Shown here piece by piece: positions 37,074 through 45,830 of a DNA stretch of 64,000 bases. The stretch is from a virus (Duplodnaviria > Caudoviricetes). The notes under the pieces are model-generated. The model had not been told where the DNA came from. It did no database searches and saw only the letters and a list, made by a program, of their open reading frames with translations. The position numbers and the translations under genes are program-made. The stretch is taken from positions 76,957-140,956 of the IMG/VR virus record IMGVR_UViG_3300031867_000008. One strand, written 5' to 3'. How positions within the stretch are numbered: the stretch's first letter is position 1; every line of letters begins with the position of its first letter.

Positions 37074-37494
37074 ACTAACCACACAACAGCTTTGTGGACA
37101 ACTAAACGATAACAAAACCAACTCGCAAAACCAATCTCAAAGATTTTCCTAAACTGTAATCTGTAAACTGTAACATTTCAACTTTAACTTCGGCAGCTCT
37201 TACAGGATATGAATTACACATAATCATAATAAAAGCCTATAAACTTTCAGCTTTGTAGCTTTAATTCTTAATCGTTAAGTGTTAAACTTTACAGAATCTA
37301 ATCTAAATAATTTTGCACCCAATGGTGGGACTTTAACCCACATACTCATATTTATCAGATATGCGCCTGTTACAATTCGGCTACATTGGAAGTAATCTTA
37401 ATAATTCCTTTTCATTAAGAACTATTATTATAGCATTATACTTACCCTGTATAATAAGGTGGTTTTAATTTATAGTTTTCGTTGTGCAGTTAGT
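37074..37494 (-). ncRNA. Candidate ~420-nt structured ncRNA with two heptamer arrays and an embedded tRNA-like element
   Basis: The 5' ACTAACTGCACAAC pairs fully (two G-U) with the 3' GTTGTGTGGTTAGT on the minus-strand RNA only; 7-nt periodic arrays at 37234-37290 and 37151-37192. Confidence 0.6.
37317..37390 (-). tRNA. tRNA-Ile(GAT)-like, non-canonical T loop
   Basis: TCCAATG/CATTGGG acceptor, CATAT-CTGATAA-ATATG, T loop TTAAAGT instead of TTCRANT. Confidence 0.65.
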
Positions 37495-37526
37495 AAATAG
37501 AAATATGAAATTAGCTCATTATCTCA

Positions 37527-38162
37527 TCAATACTCTACTGTAATCTTTGTCAGAGCATTACTTATACTAAGAGTAGCATCAACCTTGCTCATAAATGTAT
37601 CGGTTTCAGTAGAAAGGGATTCGATGATCTTTTCGCAACCAATGGGGTCAATGAGGTCAAGGGAATTATCCTCTATGAACTTCGCCTTTGCACTCTCGAT
37701 TACATCCTTATTAACTGACTCCTTGTTAGCGTAAGCTCTTTCAACATATGATATTGCCTTATCAGAGATGGTGTCATTTATAGCGTGAATATTTCTGGTA
37801 GCTATATTGTAATCAGCAGATACTTTATTGAGAAGCATTTCCTTGAACTCTATGCCACTACGCTTGTATTCAATAGCTTCTGCTACGGTCATTGAAACAT
37901 CGCCTATTGTTACAACAGTTGTTGCATTTGAATTGGTTACAGCTTTCTTGATAGCTGTTCTACGTTTAATTAGATCAGTTATCTTCGCATACTTAGCCTG
38001 AATAGTGGTCTTATAATCGTTAATTGCAATACCGTTTATCTTGGTGTTACAACGCTGGTTAAAATCAGCAAACTTGGCTTCTGAGATTTCCTTCTTAATT
38101 CTCTTGTCGAGAACTTTCAGCTCAGACAGTGCTTCGTGAATCGTCATAGTTTCAGTTGTCAT
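37527..38162 (-). CDS. Coiled-coil protein resembling the DIP1984/DUF6847 family
   Basis: MTIHEALSELK.LD.RI, SNATT.VTI...MTVAEAI, VD..LS.SNA.T.I motifs recalled for this family. Confidence 0.65.
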   Translation of the reverse strand: MTTETMTIHEALSELKVLDKRIKKEISEAKFADFNQRCNTKINGIAINDYKTTIQAKYAKITDLIKRRTAIKKAVTNSNATTVVTIGDVSMTVAEAIEYKRSGIEFKEMLLNKVSADYNIATRNIHAINDTISDKAISYVERAYANKESVNKDVIESAKAKFIEDNSLDLIDPIGCEKIIESLSTETDTFMSKVDATLSISNALTKITVEY

Positions 38163-38211
38163 AAATTATTTCTCCTTGTCAAATAAAATTTAAGTTTTAT
38201 ATGCCTATCAT

Positions 38212-38258
38212 ACACAATATATAGTATATGCTTCAATTTACATATCTATATATTGTAT
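38212..38258. promoter_or_regulatory. Tandem NrdR-box-like operator pair
   Basis: ACACAATATATAGTAT and TATCTATATATTGTAT, 31 bp apart, matching acaCwAtATaTwGtgt. Confidence 0.7.
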
Positions 38259-38267
38259 ATAATCAAA

Positions 38268-38338
38268 TCGAAAATGTCGGAGTCGAACCGCTATTCAGCA
38301 TCCCAAACGCTGTGTGTTACCGTTACACTACATTCTCG
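38268..38338 (-). tRNA. tRNA-Pro(TGG), atypical acceptor/T-stem geometry
   Basis: CAGCG-TTTGGGA-TGCTG anticodon arm; CGAGAATG/CATTTTCG 8-bp acceptor with a short CGG-TTCGACT-CCG T stem. Confidence 0.75.
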
Positions 38339-38677
38339 GTGAACAAAACTCAATCTCAAACCTTTACGAATAAATTTAGATCAGTTATTTCTATTTTTAT
38401 TCTGCCTTATCTGTGTGTACATCACAAACCGCCAGTCTGAGATTGAGCGTAGGTTTTCGGGGCGGGTTGTCCTACAACCCTACATCATCGAAGAAAACCA
38501 CTTGTGAACAAAACAGTCACGACCTTTCTTTTATATGATTGTGAATTATTTTCTTTTGTCTCAGCAGTATCTTTTGACTGTCCTACTACTGTTCGCAACA
38601 GCAAAAGACTTACCGAGACAAAAATTATAGGAGGTACACGATGAACAGAAAGCAGATCATCGTAAATTGGAGAAAAG

Positions 38678-38762
38678 CTGGGAAGGTGGGATTTGAACCC
38701 ACGACAGATAAATCATGCAGAGGTCAAAGCTCTGTGTGTTAAAACCACTTCACCACTTCCCA
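38678..38762 (-). tRNA. tRNA-Gln(TTG) with a 15-nt variable region
   Basis: TGGGAAG/CTTCCCA acceptor, CAGAG-CTTTGAC-CTCTG, variable region CATGATTTATCTGTC, GTGGG-TTCAAAT-CCCAC. Confidence 0.85.
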
Positions 38763-38932
38763 ATGAGTGAACCTGATTAACCAATCACAGGCTTAGGTGT
38801 GCTGTCAAATCATATTGACTTATCACTCACGTCTATTGCACACATAGACTAACCTATATTAGTGGCGGCTACCACTCATCAGAACGCATTAACCGAAGTC
38901 ACTCTCGATCTTAGAGCTGTTGTTCTTTTGAA

Positions 38933-39006
38933 TACTCCCACCGAGACTCGAACTCGGACTTTACGCATTTTAAGTGCGCTCTCTCTGCCTATTGGAGTAC
39001 GGGAGC
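38933..39006 (-). tRNA. tRNA-Leu(TAA) with a short variable loop
   Basis: GCTCCCG/TGGGAGT acceptor, GCGCA-CTTAAAA-TGCGT, 5-nt variable loop, CCGAG-TTCGAGT-CTCGG. Confidence 0.85.
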
Positions 39007-39174
39007 AAATGCTGAGTATTGTTTTACATCGCACTCAGCACACGATGTTGAAAGGAGTATCATCGTATAGGTCAAAATTCGGTTTTTTGTAAAGTTTCAA
39101 CAGTCACTCACGCTGTAAGTAGCCAAAAAATAAAGGTTTTATCAAATATTTATCCTGTCCTCTTTACATATATT

Positions 39175-39232
39175 ATTATATCACAACTCATTCTGTATGT
39201 CAAGTACTTTTCAACAGTCACTGACGATTTTA
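39175..39232 (-). promoter_or_regulatory. Sigma-A promoter for the tRNA cluster and replication region
   Basis: TTGACA (39198-39203)-17 bp-TATAAT (39175-39180), extended -10 TG; upstream element shared with 21027-21061. Confidence 0.85.
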
Positions 39233-39243
39233 TATGATTGTAC

Positions 39244-39273
39244 AAAAAGCACCTATTTTAGCAGGCGCTTTTT
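39244..39273. terminator. Intrinsic terminator (potentially bidirectional)
   Basis: AAAAAGCACCT...AGGCGCTTTTT hairpin downstream of the MrpR-like gene. Confidence 0.55.
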
Positions 39274-39341
39274 GTGAACATCATACAAATATTGAAGATA
39301 TAACTTGTGACAAGATATAACCTGTAACAAAGCGAAAAACG

Positions 39342-40259
39342 TTAATTATTGTTCTGATCGTTCTGAGCGTTCATAGCGTTAATCTTCTGCTCTTTCCACA
39401 ATTGATACCTTTCTTCATTTACAATTGTAAAATGGCTTATGGTTGCAGTGACTATCTCTTTGTAACTGATCGTAGAGTTTGTTTTGCTATTGTTTATATC
39501 CTCTGTTGCAAACACTCTAAAAAATTCCCCAGCTTGTATTATATTTGAAGAATTAAGTTTTATATTTGCTAATTTGTTAAGCATTCTTTTTATCGTTTTA
39601 ACATTCATTTTTTTTAGAATGTAATATTGGTCATTATAAGACTTGACCGTTCCTTTTTTCTGATTGTTAGCCCTTACATAAGTTGTTGCAGTTGCCAAGA
39701 GCATTATTTTATCTTTTATCAGTTGATTGTCTATCTTTACACCATTCGGCAATATAAATGTGTTCGTTATGTTCTTCGCAAAAATATTCGTTGCCTGCTC
39801 ATCGCTGCAACCGTAGTAGAGAAGATAGCCATATACTTCGGCAATCAAAAAATAGCTGGAATAATCGAAATCTCTCTTCTTACCATATGCGGCAATAGCT
39901 TTTTTAAATTCATTATATAATTCATTAGGATCAAACACGTAATTACTCTTACCCGAATCAATGACTGCCTTTTTTATATCGTTTTCGTTCAATAAATTGT
40001 ATTGAGGTCTTTTACAAAAAACTCTAAATTCGTTTATGAGTTTTCGGTCTTTACTATAGCATTCATAACTCACACGGTTTTCTTGAATGAATACCTCGTT
40101 AATCTCTTGCTCGTTGAAGTCCAACAAGCTACGTTTCTTATCTTTTTCGTATCCTGCAAAGATGTTGAATAATGCTTCTGCTCGTTTTTTTCGATGATCC
40201 TTTGTCAAATAGTTATTGATAAAATCTTCTTTCAACTCTTTATCATAAATTATTTTCAT
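39342..40259 (-). CDS. MrpR/YopR-like repressor (degenerate tyrosine-recombinase fold)
   Basis: N-terminus YDKELKEDFI...LFN.FAGYEK...RSLLDFN..EI and LLYYG core recall the SPbeta master repressor family; no R-K-H-R-H-Y catalytic set. Confidence 0.55.
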   Translation of the reverse strand: MKIIYDKELKEDFINNYLTKDHRKKRAEALFNIFAGYEKDKKRSLLDFNEQEINEVFIQENRVSYECYSKDRKLINEFRVFCKRPQYNLLNENDIKKAVIDSGKSNYVFDPNELYNEFKKAIAAYGKKRDFDYSSYFLIAEVYGYLLYYGCSDEQATNIFAKNITNTFILPNGVKIDNQLIKDKIMLLATATTYVRANNQKKGTVKSYNDQYYILKKMNVKTIKRMLNKLANIKLNSSNIIQAGEFFRVFATEDINNSKTNSTISYKEIVTATISHFTIVNEERYQLWKEQKINAMNAQNDQNNN

Positions 40260-40431
40260 TTTTAAAAGCCTACCTTTCATGTTAAAATGTCGGCAATAAT
40301 TCTTACACAATTATATAAGTATATACTTATAGTCTTGTTTATAATTATATACCAAAATAAGTAACAGTTTATAGATAGACTTTTATATAATGAAAAAGTA
40401 TGTTTTAAATGCTTGTTAATTGTGTTATAAT

Positions 40432-40836
40432 TCAGCAAATTCCGACCTGAACTAATATTTTTTCATTGACAACATTCATTATTTCCGTAGGCAACGCACC
40501 AATGCAATTACGAAGTCTGCTTTTGTCAACGGTACGCATCTGTTCGACCACAAGGGTGGAATCTTTGGTTAATCCACCAGTTCCTTTCATTAAGGAAACG
40601 TGTGTAGGTATTGACTTCTTATGTGCAGAGGTTATAGGAACTACAAGCACTGTATTACTGTAATAATTTCCTTTATCATTTTGAACAATGAGGACAGGTC
40701 TAATTCCCTGCTGCTCAGAACCACACCCCTGACCTAAGTCAGCGATATACACCTGTCCTCGCTTAACTCGTTCACAATCCGCAAAGGATAAACTCGTTCT
40801 GTTCATAGCGTTTGTTGAAATTGTAGTGTTAGTCAT
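40432..40836 (-). CDS. mazF: PemK/MazF-family endoribonuclease with no adjacent MazE
   Basis: VKRGQVYIADL...GSEQQGIRPVLIVQND.GN..S..V.V.PITS, EQMRTVDKSRL. Confidence 0.93.
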   Translation of the reverse strand: MTNTTISTNAMNRTSLSFADCERVKRGQVYIADLGQGCGSEQQGIRPVLIVQNDKGNYYSNTVLVVPITSAHKKSIPTHVSLMKGTGGLTKDSTLVVEQMRTVDKSRLRNCIGALPTEIMNVVNEKILVQVGIC

Positions 40837-40878
40837 AACAATTTTCCTTTCTGTTTAGGAGATTGCAAAATTGAACGC

Positions 40879-41715
40879 TTAACTACAATCCCCTATGGTT
40901 GTCTGTTTGTTGTCTAATCTATCTAAAGTGTGAACTATAAGTTTTTCAGCTTCCTGCAACGTTTCTAAATACTTGTCCTTGTATCTATGTATAACGTTTT
41001 TGTTTTCCTCGCTAAGTTCATCAATTTCCCCAAACCCGAGAATGTACTCCCCTGTTCTGCTGTCCAATAACCCTATATCAATTCCTCCAACAAACGGATG
41101 TCTAAGTCCATCTGTAAAATCTTCATTCACAATGAACGCCAACACATCATGAACGTTCTTATCTTCAAGTCTTTCCTTTGCATGAGGTGATCTATACCAA
41201 CCAGATTCTTTCATATTCTGTATTATATACTTCAATATCGGGTAATGTTCATATTCGTGAGTGTCAACACCGATGATTACTCGTCCATCTGGCAGTCTAA
41301 AAGTATATTCCTTATTTATAGAATCAACCAGTTCATTTGGTATATCTTTTCCTATCTTTTTGTACTTTCCATTATGGTAAGTAATGTAAACCGTTGCTAA
41401 AAGTACCTGATCGTTATATATTTCAAGAGTTTTGCTTGAATCTGTTTTGCTTGTAACCTTATATGAGAAGTCACCAAAGTATATTATTGTTCCGACTATA
41501 TCAGGGAGAAAAACCGATGAATAATCACCTTTGTAAAAAACCATGTGTCCGATTCCACCCATCGAAACAGCACTGTAAGATGAATTATAATCATTCCCAA
41601 TTGTGCCATTTGTACCGTTTGTTTCTACGATAGTTCCATCAGGCAGTTTAAAAATTGCGCTGTATGAATTATCAAACTCCCTGATAAAAGCCTTGTGAAT
41701 CGTTTTAAGTTTCAT
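40879..41715 (-). CDS. Hypothetical protein
   Basis: 278-aa ORF with its own promoter and AAGGA RBS; F.LPDG occurs twice. Confidence 0.75.
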   Translation of the reverse strand: MKLKTIHKAFIREFDNSYSAIFKLPDGTIVETNGTNGTIGNDYNSSYSAVSMGGIGHMVFYKGDYSSVFLPDIVGTIIYFGDFSYKVTSKTDSSKTLEIYNDQVLLATVYITYHNGKYKKIGKDIPNELVDSINKEYTFRLPDGRVIIGVDTHEYEHYPILKYIIQNMKESGWYRSPHAKERLEDKNVHDVLAFIVNEDFTDGLRHPFVGGIDIGLLDSRTGEYILGFGEIDELSEENKNVIHRYKDKYLETLQEAEKLIVHTLDRLDNKQTTIGDCS

Positions 41716-41769
41716 TATTTATCAATCCTTTCGTTTCTGTATGTTTTGAAATTCATCTTTTATGATGAT

Positions 41770-41798
41770 ATTATACACCCGTGCGAACTCATTGTCAA
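41770..41798 (-). promoter_or_regulatory. Sigma-A promoter
   Basis: TTGACA (41793-41798)-17 bp-TATAAT (41770-41775). Confidence 0.8.
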
Positions 41799-41891
41799 GC
41801 AAAGTTCACATCATTTCTGCGTTCTGTACTAAATGATGTTCACTTTTTTAGTCAAAACGCAGAAATTTTATGAAACTTTTTACCGTTTTAG

Positions 41892-42797
41892 TTACTTTAT
41901 GGAAGAAATGTCAGGCAGTTTATTCTTGTTGCGATAATTGTAAACATCACAGATTGCCCTAACTACTCTATCTGTTTTGGTGAATGCGGCACTATCACTG
42001 TAAGAAGCCTTTACGATTTCAGCAACAGGCTTTTTGGAAAAGACTTTTACAAATTTATTTCTGTCAAACTTATCTCCGTAAAGATGGAAGAACTCACCCA
42101 TACCACCAATGAACGTTGCGCTGATTGAATCCTTATCATCTTTCCAAGTTTCTTTCATGAGTTTAAGCATTACGTTTGTGTTCTCTGAGCCTATAAGGTC
42201 GTATACCTTTTCAAAAGTGCTGACACACAAGATTCTTCTTTTACTGGTTGTCTTATCATAGTTCTTGCTTGTTGCAAGTATATAGCCTGCATCTGCACAA
42301 ACGTTAATCATGTCTTTTGCCTTGCTATCATATTCTTTACGAGAAGTCATGTGTTCTTCGGGTGTAAGTTTGGCACAGTTTTCATACTGCTCGTTGTAAT
42401 AGGCAGCTTCATCATCATAAGTAAGACCTGTGAGAACTCTTGCTGTAACGATATAATCTTCTCCAAATAACATTCTTAAAACTGTAAGAGTATGCTGTCC
42501 ATCAACCACATAATACTTACCGTTGCGCTTAGATACTACAATAGGCTTGACCTTATTCTTGTCGAACTTGCGAATGATTGACTTAATACGACTATCCTTT
42601 GTGTTCCTCTGATAAGGTGCGCTTAGAAGCATTTTTGCAGGCAGTTTTCTTATCTCCATGTCATCGCTCTTAGGGAAGTTGAGTTCTGTTGTCTCAGTTC
42701 CACTGTTGACATTAGATGTGGTGTCGTTCTTAATGGGTCTTGTCCCAGAGGGATCGAACTTTGCACTTACCTTAGTTCCTTTGATTACTGATTTCAT
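41892..42797 (-). CDS. ParB/Srx-fold protein (DUF6551-like)
   Basis: YQR....RI..I...FD...V.PIVVS.RNGKYYVVDGQHT. Confidence 0.75.
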   Translation of the reverse strand: MKSVIKGTKVSAKFDPSGTRPIKNDTTSNVNSGTETTELNFPKSDDMEIRKLPAKMLLSAPYQRNTKDSRIKSIIRKFDKNKVKPIVVSKRNGKYYVVDGQHTLTVLRMLFGEDYIVTARVLTGLTYDDEAAYYNEQYENCAKLTPEEHMTSRKEYDSKAKDMINVCADAGYILATSKNYDKTTSKRRILCVSTFEKVYDLIGSENTNVMLKLMKETWKDDKDSISATFIGGMGEFFHLYGDKFDRNKFVKVFSKKPVAEIVKASYSDSAAFTKTDRVVRAICDVYNYRNKNKLPDISSIK

Positions 42798-42836
42798 TTG
42801 TAAATCCTCCTAAAATTTTAAAATTTTTATGTCACA

Positions 42837-43814
42837 TCACAACTCGAAATAGTCAGTGATGTAATTGGCAAATTGTTTAATCTCGTCAAGAAGTTGACAA
42901 GCTATTTGTTTACTTTGTATGGTGATTTTTGGCTTACTTTCTTCTTCGATAGTATTACTTACCGAAAGTATAGCACTCCTGATATTGTCAATGGATAAAC
43001 GAGCTAAGTCTATATCGTTTAAACTTCTGTCTCGTTCTTCGTCATGCAAATCATCAATATAATCTTGAAGTGTTTTTGCTTCCTGTGTAGGACTATCATT
43101 TTCATTTATTGTTGCACATCTTTGACTTATCCTATGGATTCTGCGATAGAACTCACCCTTACAGGAATACTGTTTACGTATTTCCTCACGTTCTTTATCA
43201 GTCCATGAGTCAATCTGATTTACGAATCCGTTGCGCCTTATCGTAGACACCGAAATGTTATCCAACAGAATGTATAAGCATTCCAAATCATCTATTCTGC
43301 CCTGTTCTTCCAGTTCCCACATTTTTCTACCCACTAAGATATAATCTTCGTAACATTTCGCACACAGCAAATTGTTACTATCGTCTTTCTTGATTGAAAA
43401 TATATTTGGGAGATAAGGTAACAATTGCTTTCCTGTCAAATACATATCATGACCTTTTGGGTATGCTTTGCGGTAGCTTTCATAATACACATAAACAGCT
43501 TTGCAAAGTTCTTCCTTTGAACAGTCTCTATGATCGTAGTTCTTGATTATCTCTACTATAACTTCATCGTCATTTGAGCAATTGCACTTTGTAGCTTTGA
43601 TTTTTCCAAAGCCCTTAGCACCATTGTTATGAAGCTGTGCAAACGCTCTTACAGTATCAATGCCAGCTATGACATTATTATTAGTGTCAACCACTATTGG
43701 AGTATAATCGTTTTTATCCTCAGTGAGAGCGTTTATAAGTTCCGAAATGTCACGTTCATTGTAGATACGCTCATAAATATCGGGTATCTGTATCTCGTCT
43801 ATCGACAACTTCAT
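42837..43814 (-). CDS. Degenerate ParB N-terminal-domain protein
   Basis: MKLSIDEIQIP...ISELINAL......PIVVD.NNNVIAGID.VRA, without the canonical GxxR; start placed at ATG 43814. Confidence 0.55.
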   Translation of the reverse strand: MKLSIDEIQIPDIYERIYNERDISELINALTEDKNDYTPIVVDTNNNVIAGIDTVRAFAQLHNNGAKGFGKIKATKCNCSNDDEVIVEIIKNYDHRDCSKEELCKAVYVYYESYRKAYPKGHDMYLTGKQLLPYLPNIFSIKKDDSNNLLCAKCYEDYILVGRKMWELEEQGRIDDLECLYILLDNISVSTIRRNGFVNQIDSWTDKEREEIRKQYSCKGEFYRRIHRISQRCATINENDSPTQEAKTLQDYIDDLHDEERDRSLNDIDLARLSIDNIRSAILSVSNTIEEESKPKITIQSKQIACQLLDEIKQFANYITDYFEL

Positions 43815-45105
43815 GACGCTCATCTCCATTCTCTCCGTTAGTTTGCACATTATTATCATCTCCAACTGTGTCACTATCACTTACTACACTGTCATTGTCT
43901 GTTATATCATCAGTAACATTTGTCACATCAACGTCACTTATTATTTCAGTTTCGACTTCTTCTTCTTTGCTTTCGTTCTCGATCTCATTCAGGAAAGAAT
44001 AATCACCATTCTCCCAATCAAAATCGTCACCCTTGATTTCTTCCACAAGATCACACATTTTGTCACCAACCACATTTATAAGAGTTTGACAAATGATGTT
44101 TACTCTCGCTTCAACTTTCGTTTTCTTAGTAGTACCTTCCTTACAACCTTTTTCAGTGTACTCTTTCTGATACGTTTTAGTAACCCACTTGTAAAGCCAT
44201 TCCTCAAATTCTTCCTCACTAAATCTGCACTTAGCTACATTATGGAACAACAGCTTTCCACTTTGAATATTAAGGAATACTTTCATGCACATTACTAACG
44301 CTGGAATGTGGAGTTTTTTCAGATAAGATACACATTCTTCATCAGCAGGATAGTATTCATCGAGCTTGTTAAGTAACAGAGCAAGTTCATCAAGGTCTGA
44401 ATCCTTGTAATTATCCTTATAATACTCAGCAAACTTTATTATATCAGGCGAACCATAAGACTTAGTTTCATAGTCAGTCAACAGCATTAAGCACTCCAAA
44501 GCTACACCAAGTTTAGCATCTGTTTTACTGTTTGCAATTGAAGGAGCGCACCTATCCCAGAAAGGCAGATTAAGAATCTTTTCATCAAACTTCGGAGCAA
44601 TCTGAGTTCCGAGTGCCACTTTCGCTTTCTGCGTGGGCTTGAATGAAGTGCCACTGTTCAGACGAAGGAACTGTTCTTCAAGTTGTTCTTCATCATAATT
44701 AGTGATCTGAATTACTTCAAGAGTATAATGCAATATGAGAGTTTGTATTTTTTTATCAAGTTCGGAAAACTTTTTTCCTGCTACATCGTAAAATTCTCCT
44801 TTGTAATAAACAGGCTCAAAGGTCTTAGCCAATTTCCACTCATCATCAATGAATGAAAATATTGTACTTGTTCTCTGCTTACCATCAATGATTGTCCAAG
44901 TTCGGTCTGTGGGAGTGTCATTCACTATCACCCAGATTGAAGGTATAACAAAATTTCTAAGCATACTATCAATAAGAGCGTTCTTCTGCCCCCGATTCCA
45001 CTGTCCACCATCACGTTGTAAAGCATAATCGTCATTCATTTCACCATCATTGTGCATATTATAAAGTGATTCGATTGAATTTCTCACCAGTACAGTCGCT
45101 TCCAT
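43771..45105 (-). CDS. DUF262 (GmrS/ParB-like NTPase) domain protein
   Basis: LQR..GQW...QK..LIDSML....IP, IIDGKQRTSTI, F.RLNSG. The AAGGAG RBS and the promoter place the start at ATG 45105. Confidence 0.85.
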   Translation of the reverse strand: MEATVLVRNSIESLYNMHNDGEMNDDYALQRDGGQWNRGQKNALIDSMLRNFVIPSIWVIVNDTPTDRTWTIIDGKQRTSTIFSFIDDEWKLAKTFEPVYYKGEFYDVAGKKFSELDKKIQTLILHYTLEVIQITNYDEEQLEEQFLRLNSGTSFKPTQKAKVALGTQIAPKFDEKILNLPFWDRCAPSIANSKTDAKLGVALECLMLLTDYETKSYGSPDIIKFAEYYKDNYKDSDLDELALLLNKLDEYYPADEECVSYLKKLHIPALVMCMKVFLNIQSGKLLFHNVAKCRFSEEEFEEWLYKWVTKTYQKEYTEKGCKEGTTKKTKVEARVNIICQTLINVVGDKMCDLVEEIKGDDFDWENGDYSFLNEIENESKEEEVETEIISDVDVTNVTDDITDNDSVVSDSDTVGDDNNVQTNGENGDERHEVVDRRDTDTRYL

Positions 45106-45147
45106 TTTTATTATCTCCTTTCGGGATTTAGGTTTTTCATTGATATA

Positions 45148-45176
45148 ATTATAGCACATCTGCTCATGGTTGTCAA
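45148..45176 (-). promoter_or_regulatory. Sigma-A promoter for the DUF262/ParB operon
   Basis: TTGACA (45171-45176)-17 bp-TATAAT (45148-45153). Confidence 0.85.
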
Positions 45177-45195
45177 CAACCCTGAACATGATTGT

Positions 45196-45266
45196 TGTGA
45201 ATAATTTGTAAATTTTAAGCATCAACCAATTAGCAACTTGACACAATCTGCATTATAAGATATAAT
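45196..45266 (+). promoter_or_regulatory. Sigma-A promoter with upstream box, driving the RHH gene
   Basis: TGTGAATAATTTGTAAATTTT at 45196; TTGACA (45238-45243)-17 bp-TATAAT (45261-45266). Confidence 0.85.
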
Positions 45267-45289
45267 ATAATATAAAAGGAAGTGATTAA

Positions 45290-45517
45290 ATGCCGCATGG
45301 TCAAATCTCATCTCATAAAACTCGCACAGGAATTACACTTACCAAAATTTTAAAATCCGAATTAGAATATCTTGCAAAACAAGATCATCGAAGTCTTAAT
45401 AATTATATGGAAATGGTTCTCACCGATCACGTTGAGCAGCAACGTAAACTTGGTAAACTGCCAGAGAAGATTGAGCAGGAGAGTTCTGATAATAGTTCCA
45501 ATAATGATAATTCTTGA
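45290..45517 (+). CDS. Ribbon-helix-helix (Arc/CopG-like) regulator
   Basis: RTGITLTK.LK.ELE.LAKQD.RSLNNY.E.VL. Confidence 0.8.
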   Translation: MPHGQISSHKTRTGITLTKILKSELEYLAKQDHRSLNNYMEMVLTDHVEQQRKLGKLPEKIEQESSDNSSNNDNS

Positions 45518-45546
45518 CAAAAGAGTTTTTTCGATTCTAATACAAA

Positions 45547-45617
45547 TGTGAATAATTTGTAAATTTTCTGAAAAACTATTGAAAAGTGTTGACAAATTGC
45601 TGTTATTAGTGTATACT
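45547..45617 (+). promoter_or_regulatory. Promoter of type III TA cassette 1
   Basis: Same 21-bp box at 45547; TTGACA (45589-45594)-17 bp-TATACT (45612-45617). Confidence 0.85.
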
Positions 45618-45635
45618 AATATTAGGAAGAATACA

Positions 45636-45775
45636 CCTTCCGAGAACAACGGCGAGAATATTGTTCATGTGTATGTTTGGTCTCCGAGAGCAACGGGACT
45701 TGAATTTAGAATATTGCTCATGTTAGATGTTTAGTCTCCGCGAATGACGGGACTTGAATTTAGAATATCATTCAT
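45636..45775 (+). ncRNA. Type III antitoxin RNA 1 (TenpI-like), about 2.7 repeats, 54-nt period
   Basis: Units GTCTCCG-loop-CGGGAC...AGAATA at 45680 and 45734 plus a shortened first unit. Loop/downstream pairs GAACAA-TTGTTC, GAGCAA-TTGCTC and GAATGA-TCATTC covary (H-type pseudoknot). Confidence 0.88.
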
Positions 45776-45778
45776 TAT

Positions 45779-45810
45779 TGAAGCTCTATGATTTTCATAG
45801 GGCTTCATTC
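45779..45810 (+). terminator. Hairpin/terminator between antitoxin 1 and toxin 1
   Basis: TGAAGCTCTATGA-TTT-TCATAGGGCTTCA. Confidence 0.8.
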
Positions 45811-45830
45811 TATAATAAGGGGAAACGTAT

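Noticed and set aside
37074-37494. Identification of the candidate RNA as tmRNA, ROOL or GOLLD
   Set aside because: It has no tRNA-Ala-like ends or tag ORF, and it is shorter and more repetitive than I expect for ROOL or GOLLD. This cannot be fully excluded without cmscan.
425-45105. A complete Dnd/Ssp phosphorothioation system (IscS + PAPS reductase + DUF262)
   Set aside because: The genes are tens of kb apart and no DndD/DndE or SspB/SspC equivalents are visible; kept only as a weak hypothesis.
45195-45212. Upstream box as a Rex operator
   Set aside because: Only the left half (TTGTGAA) matches; the right half is TTGTAAA rather than TTCACAA in every copy.
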